From contig NZ_JAVBWL010000026.1 in assembly GCF_036677455.1 (NCBI RefSeq), positions 21,711 through 45,710 of the forward strand: DNA of 24,000 bases, read 5' to 3'. Position numbers and translations under genes: made by a program. The notes under the pieces are model-generated. The model saw nothing but the letters and a program-made list of their open reading frames with translations. It searched no databases and was not told the DNA's origin. Each line of letters opens with the position of its first letter. Position 1 is the first letter of the stretch. Shown here piece after piece: positions 8,292-13,959 of this stretch. This DNA comes from Methanoculleus sp. Lineage in GTDB: Archaea > Halobacteriota > Methanomicrobia > Methanomicrobiales > Methanoculleaceae.

Positions 8292-8534
8292 ACCCATGCC
8301 CGGGTGAAGACCCCGGCTTGAAGGCCGGGGATGAATTGCACCCCCAGATCCGTTCACTTTCACCCCGCACGGCCATTCTTTATGCCCGGGAGAGCCCAAT
8401 ATGCCTGTAGAGCCGGTTGGGGCACACCCGGCTCTATGCTTGCGGAGATCAGGACCGCTACACCGCCAACCCTGGCTGTGCACGTCCGGTCAACGAACCA
8501 GGAATCCCCCGGGCTAGCCCGGGGAGAGTGTCAA

Positions 8535-8621
8535 GTAGTGTATTCAGATGTTCGGAGCTCGACTTTGAACAGATCGTCCCGGCTCCGAACATCTATCCCC
8601 CATCGGGTGGCGGCCGGGCCG
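8535..8621. repeat. Copy A of a hairpin-containing direct repeat
   Basis: GTAGTGTATTCAG-ATGTTCGGAGC(8548-8558)-23 nt-GCTCCGAACAT(8582-8592)-CTATCCCCCATCGGGTGGCGGCCGGGCCG. The arms form a perfect 11-bp inverted repeat. By manual alignment the copy is roughly 85-90 percent identical to 10515-10527 plus 10592-10668. Confidence 0.8.
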
Positions 8622-8767
8622 TTGGGAGAAGGCGTTTCTGCCATCCTGATGGATATGGACGAGGAATGCATGAATTATGGATTGCCATAGAAGTTCTGGG
8701 GATCACAGAAGAGAAAGCCCGGCGTTCGGCAGGGTCTCCACAATATCGTACGGGTAAGGGCGGAACT

Positions 8768-9835
8768 ATGAGCGGAGATGAGAAGAAACTGATACGGAAC
8801 AGCACGGTTGAATTTTTGATATTTACCTCGGCAGCCGGTGAAGACTCAATCGAGGTCAGGTACGAGGACGAAACGATCTGGCTAAGCCAGAAGATGATGG
8901 CGACGCTCTTCGATGTGACTGTTCCAACAATAAACGTACACCTGAAAAACATCTACGAAAGCGGCGAGTTGACTCGTGATGCAACTATTAGAAAATATCT
9001 AACAGTTCAAATCGAGGGTGATCGTGAAGTCTCACGGACCCTTGACTACTACAACCTTGATGCCACAATCTCGGTTGGATACCGCGTCAATTCCCGAAGA
9101 GCCACCCAGTTCCGTCAGTGGGCGACTCAGGTGCTAACAGAATTTGCAATTAAAGGATATGTACTTGACAAAAAGCGGATGGAGAACGGTACGTTCCTCG
9201 GGGAAGATTACTTCGAGCGGCTGCTGGCAGAAATCCGGGAGATACGGCTGAGTGAGAGACGATTCTACCAGAAGATCACCGACATATATGCTACAAGCCT
9301 CGACTACAGCAGGAATGCACCAACAACACGTGAGTTTTTCGCAAACGTTCAGAACAAATTACATTTCGCGATACATGGAAATACTGCGGCTGAACTGATA
9401 ATGGCGCGTGCCGACAGCAGAAAGAAGCATATGGGCCTTAGCACCTGGGAAAAAGCCCCTGACGGGAAGATACTCAAAACCGACGTATCGGTTGCGAAAA
9501 ACTATCTGAACGCAACAGAACTTGAATCGCTCGGAAGAATCGTCAACGCCTGGCTTGACCTTGCCGAAGAGCGTGCCAAAAGAAAGATCCCGATGACTAT
9601 GGAGGATTGGGCAAAACGCCTTGACCGGTTCCTTGAGTTCGATGACCGTAAGCTGCTCGAAGACCGTGGAAAGGTCACAAAAGAGATGGCAAAAGAGTTC
9701 GCAGAGAGTGAATTTGAGAAGTACCGGGTTGTTCAGGACAGATTTTTTGAGAGCGATTTCGACCGGATGCTAAAGGAGACCGCCCCGCCCGAGGAAGAGG
9801 ATCGGGATAACAAAAACAGACTACTGGAGACCTGA
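8768..9835 (+). CDS. RhuM-family (virulence protein RhuM-like) protein
   Basis: 355 aa from the ATG at 8768: MSGDEKKLIRNSTVEFLIFTSAAGEDSIEVRYEDETIWLSQKMMATLFDVTVPTINVHLKNIYESGEL...ISVGYRVNSRRATQFRQWATQVL...ERRFYQKITDIYATSLDY. This pattern is characteristic of the RhuM family. The track ORF start (TTG 8417) reads through the repeat and GC-rich hairpins, so I rejected it. Confidence 0.85.
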   Translation: MSGDEKKLIRNSTVEFLIFTSAAGEDSIEVRYEDETIWLSQKMMATLFDVTVPTINVHLKNIYESGELTRDATIRKYLTVQIEGDREVSRTLDYYNLDATISVGYRVNSRRATQFRQWATQVLTEFAIKGYVLDKKRMENGTFLGEDYFERLLAEIREIRLSERRFYQKITDIYATSLDYSRNAPTTREFFANVQNKLHFAIHGNTAAELIMARADSRKKHMGLSTWEKAPDGKILKTDVSVAKNYLNATELESLGRIVNAWLDLAEERAKRKIPMTMEDWAKRLDRFLEFDDRKLLEDRGKVTKEMAKEFAESEFEKYRVVQDRFFESDFDRMLKETAPPEEEDRDNKNRLLET

Positions 9836-10176
9836 AATAAATCATCTCCCGTGGTGGGCGGCACCAGACAGGAGGAATACTTGATGGGCTGTATCCGGAG
9901 TGCCTGCTCTCGGAAATTAATGTCCGCAATATTGCCGGCGATCTGCTTATACCCCGTTATCTGCCGGCGTTTCCGTACTTGATGGGTACTTGATCCCCGC
10001 CCCTGAGATCCCCTGCATTCCGGTTACGCCGGGGAGGCGACGATCAGGCGGATCGTCATATCGGAAGATCCGTTCGCGTTCTTCGAGACCTTCGACGACG
10101 CGGTCTTCTCACCCTCATCTCGCCCATCATCGACCCTGCACTCGCGTCGCCGCCCGAGGTCAGGAACATCGTCGGC

Positions 10177-10404
10177 ATGGACGACTTCCAGACCGAGATC
10201 TCGCTCTCGCGGCTCGTCGTCGCGCTCAAGATGGAGCGGGTTGAGTACGAGCCCGAGCAGTTCCCGGGCCTGATCTACCGGGGCGGTGCGGGGACCGCCC
10301 TCGTCTTCTCATCGGGGAAGGTGATCCTCGCCGGGTTCAAAGACCCGGGCTCGATGGAGGCGTTCGCATCCGGGCTGAAGGCGAAGATCAAGAACGCTGC
10401 GTAG
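10177..10404 (+). pseudogene. tbp: Single-repeat TATA-box-binding protein fragment (C-terminal TBP repeat only)
   Basis: The sequence ...VEYEPEQFPGLIYRGGAGTALVFSSGKVILAGFKDPGSMEAFASGLKAKI carries the TBP repeat core EYEPEQFPGL.YR....L.F.SGK....G.K. TBP-like sequence (PEVRNIVG) continues in frame upstream of the only ATG, back to a TGA at 9991-9993 with no alternative start. The first TBP repeat is not recognisable in any frame. Confidence 0.7.
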
Positions 10405-10514
10405 TTCCTGCGAAGAGGACATCCACCGCCCATATGCGCAGCCTCTCGCCGGAACTCACGGGATTCTGCCGGACGGCGCGGCACCACTCTTGCTCTACAC
10501 CACTCGCGCTCTAC

Positions 10515-10668
10515 GTAATGTATCCAAATGTTCGGAGTTCCGCGATCAAATGTTCGGAGTTCCCCGGCAAATGTTCGGAGCTCGCGACCAAATATTCGGA
10601 CCTCGACTTCGAACAAATCGTCCCAGCTCCGAACATTTCATCCCTCATCGGGCGGCGTGCCCGGCCCG
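10515..10668. repeat. Copy B of the hairpin repeat, expanded by a phased iteron-like array
   Basis: Four direct units of A(T/A)GTTCGGA(G/C)(C/T)TC start at 10528, 10550, 10571 and 10592, spaced 22, 21 and 21 bp apart. An inverted copy GCTCCGAACAT follows at 10626-10636. The flanks match copy A. Confidence 0.8.
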
Positions 10669-10674
10669 GTGCGG

Positions 10675-11103
10675 TCACCCGGAGCCTTCAGCGAGCAGGG
10701 CATGATACCCGGCCTGGACAAAATGGCGGTCTGCGGTCAGGGCATCGGAGATCTCCCGCTCCTTCATGACCGCAAGGGAGATGCAATCCGTGAGACTCCA
10801 CGCTTTATCGAGCCTTTGCTCGTAAATATCCCATCCCCTCAACCACAGGGCGGGATCGACAAACACGATCTCCACCCGGGGTGACGATTCAAGGCGGCGG
10901 CGGAATGCGATAACGGACGGTTTGAATGCGGGGTTTGCGAGAGCGTTGAACGTCTCGGTGAGCACGGAAGAGGTGGTGACGAGAGAGGATCCGGATTCCA
11001 TCCGGCGCGCCTAGAGCGTATCGGCGGTTTTGTGGAGGTGGTCACGCTTGTTCAGCAGCGCAATCCAGCATCCCGTATCAACAAAACAGCGATCATTGCC
11101 CAT
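10675..11103 (-). pseudogene. vapC: PIN-domain VapC toxin interrupted by an in-frame TAG
   Basis: A single frame from the ATG at 11103 reads MGNDRCFVDTGCWIALLNKRDHLHKTADTL-TAG(11013-11011)-ARRMESGSSLVTTSSVLTET...SLTDCISLAVMKEREISDALTADRHFVQAGY. All four PIN acidic positions (D9, E, D, D) are still present. The ATG overlaps the end of vapB by 11 nt. Confidence 0.8.
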
Positions 11104-11335
11104 GAGTATCCCGCTTTGGCGTTCCATACAGGTAGTGATCGTGCTCTGCTGCGAGGTCGCTGATATGGGTGTCTACGGCAAGCGACGCTATATCGAAGGC
11201 CGGATCGGTGGTTGCTTCGGAGTTCTCCGGGGAGAGTTGTATGGTAATTGTATATTTCTTCCCTGCCTCAAGGTCGACAGGCCCGGAAGGTCGGAAGACC
11301 GTTCCATCAAAGAGAACTTTCAGCGTCTTTGTCAT
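11093..11335 (-). CDS. vapB: VapB-type antitoxin (DUF104/AF2212-like N-terminus)
   Basis: MTKTLKVLFDGTVFRPSGPVDLEAGKKYTITIQL...DLAAEHDHYLYGTPKRD. The N-terminal beta-rich 'G.f.P...v.L.eG' module and the HDhYLYG tail are typical of PIN-associated antitoxins. It sits immediately upstream of, and overlaps, vapC. An alternative start lies at 11347. Confidence 0.7.
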   Translation of the reverse strand: MTKTLKVLFDGTVFRPSGPVDLEAGKKYTITIQLSPENSEATTDPAFDIASLAVDTHISDLAAEHDHYLYGTPKRDTHGQ

Positions 11336-11549
11336 CCGGAAAACCACCCCTGAATTCGATGACCATCATGGTCTTTGTGAAATAATAATGATTGCGGGTG
11401 CGTCTGCACCGGATCGCCCCTGCCAGGCTCGACAGCGGCATAAGCGAGAAGGCCCCTCCGCAGGGATGAGCGGCGCCCACCTCCATCTTCGCGGATCCGA
11501 GAGGTGGGATATCGTCCTGGTAGTCGAGGGTGCCACGCGGGGCCGTCAT
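11307..11549 (-). CDS. Short HEPN (DUF86-like) toxin partner of the MNT, possibly degenerate
   Basis: 80 aa. Its ATG overlaps the MNT stop as ATGA (11549-11546), the classic MNT-HEPN arrangement. It contains LAGAIRCRRTRNHYYF, an RxxxxHxY motif resembling the DUF86 RNxxxHxY motif. It is about 30-40 aa shorter than typical DUF86 proteins, and its 3' end overlaps the vapB start. Confidence 0.45.
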   Translation of the reverse strand: MTAPRGTLDYQDDIPPLGSAKMEVGAAHPCGGAFSLMPLSSLAGAIRCRRTRNHYYFTKTMMVIEFRGGFPDDKDAESSL

Positions 11550-11863
11550 ACGTAGATAACCTCGTTTGAGATACGGCGACCAATATGGGGCTTGAGCGCG
11601 CTCTTTTCGACAAGATCAACCCATCTATCGAGAATCTCGGACAGGTACCGCTCAAGCCTGAGAAACCCGAAGATCCCCGGCACCTCGGAGAATTCGACCA
11701 GGATATCCACATCGCTTCCCTCGTGCTCCTCACCACGCCGGCACGAGCCGAAGATGCCGATGGACCCGACGTGATAGGCCTCCGCCAGGTACGCCTTGTT
11801 CCTCCGGAGAATGCCGATGATTCTCGCGCACTCCCCGCCGGGCTCGCAGGTGACGGTATCCAT
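11546..11863 (-). CDS. Minimal nucleotidyltransferase (MNT) antitoxin
   Basis: 105 aa containing IGIFGSCRRGEEHEGSDVDILVEF, the GSxxRGExxxxSDxDxLV signature of pol-beta-type nucleotidyltransferases. Confidence 0.85.
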   Translation of the reverse strand: MDTVTCEPGGECARIIGILRRNKAYLAEAYHVGSIGIFGSCRRGEEHEGSDVDILVEFSEVPGIFGFLRLERYLSEILDRWVDLVEKSALKPHIGRRISNEVIYV

Positions 11864-11970
11864 TCCTGATCGGGATATGCGCCTTCCCCTCTAGTATAGA
11901 TATCCCCGGGTACGCCGGTTCATGGGGCGGGGTTCGGGCGTTCACCCCGGGACTTCGACGGTGAACCTGT

Positions 11971-12007
11971 ATTGTGCAACATTGTAAATACAACAAACAC
12001 TTACAAT
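11971..12007 (+). promoter_or_regulatory. Candidate operator/promoter of relBE-1
   Basis: ATTGT occurs at 11971 and 11981. A 7-bp inverted repeat, ATTGTAA (11981-11987) and TTACAAT (12001-12007), ends 7 nt before the relB-1 ATG. The A/T-rich TAAATACA segment between the arms could serve as the TATA element. Confidence 0.35.
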
Positions 12008-12013
12008 ACTGTC

Positions 12014-12217
12014 ATGGCTGCAACCAAGAGGATTCCCGTCTCGGAGGGGGTATGGGCGGAGATCTCCGAGCTGAAACGTCCCGGCCAGACCTTCGACGAC
12101 CTCCTCTCACAGATGGCCGAGCAGGAGAAAAAGCGCCGGTTCATCGAGGATATGGACCGCATCGAAGCGGAGGGGGATTTCGTGGAGTTGGATTTTGACG
12201 TTCCGGATACTGATTAA
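12014..12217 (+). CDS. relB: RelB-like antitoxin, copy 1
   Basis: 67 aa from the ATG at 12014: MAATKRIPVSEGVWAEISELKRPGQTFDDLLSQMAEQEKKRRFIEDMDRIEAEGDFVELD. It is paralogous to 12665-12889 and overlaps the downstream RelE gene by 23 nt. Confidence 0.7.
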   Translation: MAATKRIPVSEGVWAEISELKRPGQTFDDLLSQMAEQEKKRRFIEDMDRIEAEGDFVELDFDVPDTD

Positions 12218-12485
12218 CCGCAAGGCCCTTGAGAGTATCCGGAGCCTCAACGAAAAGAGCCGGCGGATAGTCATGGAGAACCTGAAAACCCTTCAGGAGG
12301 ACCCGTTCCCCGGCAGCGGAAGCGACAAGGAGCGCCTGCATGTGCACGGGCGCGAAGATACCTATAGACTTCATATCGGCCGGACGTTCACCGCCTTCTA
12401 CCGCATTCATGAACCCGAAAAGGAAGTTCATGTCCTTGCCGTGATGACAATCGGGCAGGCGCACAAGCGGTATGGATGGTTCTGA
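12195..12485 (+). CDS. relE: RelE/ParE-superfamily toxin (archaeal RelE type), copy 1
   Basis: 96 aa from a TTG start: TFRILINRKALESIRSLNEKSRRIVMENLKTLQEDPFPG...YRLHIGRTFTAFYRIHEPEKEVHVLAVMTIGQAHKRY. The pattern 'L...P.......kl......yRlriG.yR.iY.i......v.vl.i..R..aY' is typical of RelE. Confidence 0.8.
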   Translation: MTFRILINRKALESIRSLNEKSRRIVMENLKTLQEDPFPGSGSDKERLHVHGREDTYRLHIGRTFTAFYRIHEPEKEVHVLAVMTIGQAHKRYGWF

Positions 12486-12558
12486 TGGTCTCTGAGCAGG
12501 TACCGTTTCATCTCCGGTCTCGCTCGTCCCGCAGGTTCCTGGCCCGGCACGAATCATC

Positions 12559-12564
12559 TTTTTT
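12559..12564 (+). terminator. Oligo-T run downstream of relE-1
   Basis: T6 at 12559-12564, about 75 nt after the relE-1 stop and before the relBE-2 promoter region. Confidence 0.3.
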
Positions 12565-12608
12565 CCGGCAGTTTCCCAGATCCAATACAGCACCCGGGTG
12601 ATCATATG

Positions 12609-12641
12609 GCACATTGTGGCAAATGTGCACAAGTATAAATA
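12609..12641 (+). promoter_or_regulatory. Candidate operator plus TATA box of relBE-2
   Basis: A perfect inverted repeat, GCACATT (12609-12615) and AATGTGC (12622-12628), is followed by TATAAATA (12634-12641). The TATA element is centred about 27 nt upstream of the relB-2 ATG (12665), consistent with a leaderless transcript. Confidence 0.45.
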
Positions 12642-12664
12642 TCACGCAGACCGAGAATACAGGT

Positions 12665-12889
12665 ATGTCTTCCAGCTCGAGTGGCAATCAAACCAAGCGT
12701 ATTCCCGTGAAAGAGCCCACCTGGAGGGACCTGCACAACCTCAAGGAAGCCGGGCAGAGTTACGATGAACTACTTAGCCAGATGATCCGGCGCGAGCAGG
12801 ATTACCGCGACTGGCGGATGATCGCCGAGATTGATGAGACCGGCGAGTTCGTAGCCTTCGACCCGGACGATATCCTGCAGGACGACTGA
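12665..12889 (+). CDS. relB: RelB-like antitoxin, copy 2
   Basis: 74 aa from the ATG at 12665: MSSSSSGNQTKRIPVKEPTWRDLHNLKEAGQSYDELLSQMIRREQDYRDWRMIAEIDETGEFVAFD. It aligns with copy 1 (KRIPV.E..W..l..lK..GQ..D.LLSQM...E....f......e..G.FV..D). Confidence 0.7.
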   Translation: MSSSSSGNQTKRIPVKEPTWRDLHNLKEAGQSYDELLSQMIRREQDYRDWRMIAEIDETGEFVAFDPDDILQDD

Positions 12890-12910
12890 CGCGCCGGGGA
12901 GCAGGAGAGC

Positions 12911-13192
12911 GTGTTCACTATTGTCATCGAGCGGAGAGCACGGGAGTTCGTAAAGGGGCTCCCCCCAAAAACCCGGCGCATCATCGTCGAAAAGATCCTG
13001 GAACTCAAGGAAGACCCGTTTCCGGGAGGAAACAAGGCAAAACTCGAGTACCCCCACCCTCCTGCAGTCTATCGCCTGCATATCGGCAGGTCCTTCACAG
13101 TATTTTATGTCATCGAGGATAAGGAGAAGATCGTCAAGATCGAGAAGATCGTGACGATCGAGAAGGCCCATAAAGAGTATTCCCACAGGTAA
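12911..13192 (+). CDS. relE: RelE/ParE-superfamily toxin, copy 2
   Basis: 93 aa from a GTG start: FTIVIERRAREFVKGLPPKTRRIIVEKILELKEDPFPGGNKAKL...VYRLHIGRSFTVFYVIEDKEKIVKIEKIVTIEKAHKEY. It is a clear paralog of 12195-12485. Confidence 0.8.
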   Translation: MFTIVIERRAREFVKGLPPKTRRIIVEKILELKEDPFPGGNKAKLEYPHPPAVYRLHIGRSFTVFYVIEDKEKIVKIEKIVTIEKAHKEYSHR

Positions 13193-13204
13193 AGAGGGCG
13201 AACC

Positions 13205-13855
13205 ATGCAGATGCATAAGGAGATCCTCGCCGCCTTCCCCGGCCTCTCGGTTGCGGAGGGTGATATCGGACCGCTCTCGATTCAGGAGAGGACCCCGCCC
13301 CTGGAGGCCTTGAGAGACGAGATCGTCCGCTCGGTACGAGAACAGTATACGCTTGAGCAGGTCAAAGATGAACCTCTCTTCAGGGCGTACAGGGACTTCT
13401 TCTGGAGGGTGGGCGTCGATCCGACCAAAACGCGGCCCGCCTCGGAAGCGCTGGTGAGAAGGATCCTGGCCGGGAAGATGCTCCCGACGATCAACACCGC
13501 GGTGGATGCCTACAACCTGGCCTCGGTCCGGACAGGCATACCCATTGCTGCTTTCGATGCCGATACCCTGGGCGGTGATCTCTCTATGCGGTTTGCAGAG
13601 GAGGGTGAAGCGTTCCTCGGCATCGGGATGGCGAAACCCGCCCTGCTCCAGAAGAACCAGGTTATCCTGACCGATGAAGACGCGATCGTCGCTGTCTATC
13701 CCTACCGGGACTCCGATGCGACAAAGATCACCCTCACCACAACGATGGTACACATTGTGGCGTGCGGCGTGCCGGGGGTTGAACGAGAGAAGGTGTACTC
13801 GACATACGAACTGGCTGCCGCATACCTGCAGGAATACGCTTCAGGTATTCGGTGA
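13205..13855 (+). CDS. Stand-alone B3/B4 (PheRS beta-subunit-like tRNA-binding) domain protein
   Basis: 216 aa. The segment YRDFFWRVGVDPTKTRPASEALVRRILAGKMLPTINTAVDAYNLASVRTGIPIAAFDADTL matches the B3_4 domain core as I recall it. Confidence 0.7.
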   Translation: MQMHKEILAAFPGLSVAEGDIGPLSIQERTPPLEALRDEIVRSVREQYTLEQVKDEPLFRAYRDFFWRVGVDPTKTRPASEALVRRILAGKMLPTINTAVDAYNLASVRTGIPIAAFDADTLGGDLSMRFAEEGEAFLGIGMAKPALLQKNQVILTDEDAIVAVYPYRDSDATKITLTTTMVHIVACGVPGVEREKVYSTYELAAAYLQEYASGIR

Positions 13856-13959
13856 ATCTTCGACCACCATCCATTACCCGGCAACCAGGATAACTAAAGA
13901 AGCGGCCGGAGGTCGACGTGCAGAAGCCAAACCGGAATAGCGCGGGCGGTGCTCCCCCC

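Noticed and set aside
8548-8592. Interpreting the hairpin repeats as integron attC sites, given the cassette-like TA genes nearby.
   Set aside because: The arms (ATGTTCGGAGC/GCTCCGAACAT) do not fit the attC core consensus RYYYAAC/GTTRRRY. Only two copies exist, and they do not follow each cassette. No integron integrase is visible.
8417-8767. The 117-codon N-terminal extension of the RhuM ORF, from a TTG start.
   Set aside because: The extension reads through GC-rich hairpins and the repeat element. RhuM-like sequence only begins at the ATG at 8768.
10528-10636. Interpreting the short phased repeats as a mini CRISPR array.
   Set aside because: The units are only about 15 bp with 6-7 bp between them. 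That is far below CRISPR repeat and spacer sizes, and there are no cas genes in the window.
11011-11013. Reading the in-frame TAG in vapC as pyrrolysine.
   Set aside because: There are no pyl genes or a PYLIS-like context in the window. The inferred lineage (Methanomicrobiales-like) is not known to use Pyl. A nonsense mutation is the simpler reading, and I flagged it for checking rather than asserting it.
12770-13753. 327-aa minus-strand ORF.
   Set aside because: It is antisense to relB-2, relE-2 and the B3/4-domain gene, all of which have family signatures. It has none itself.
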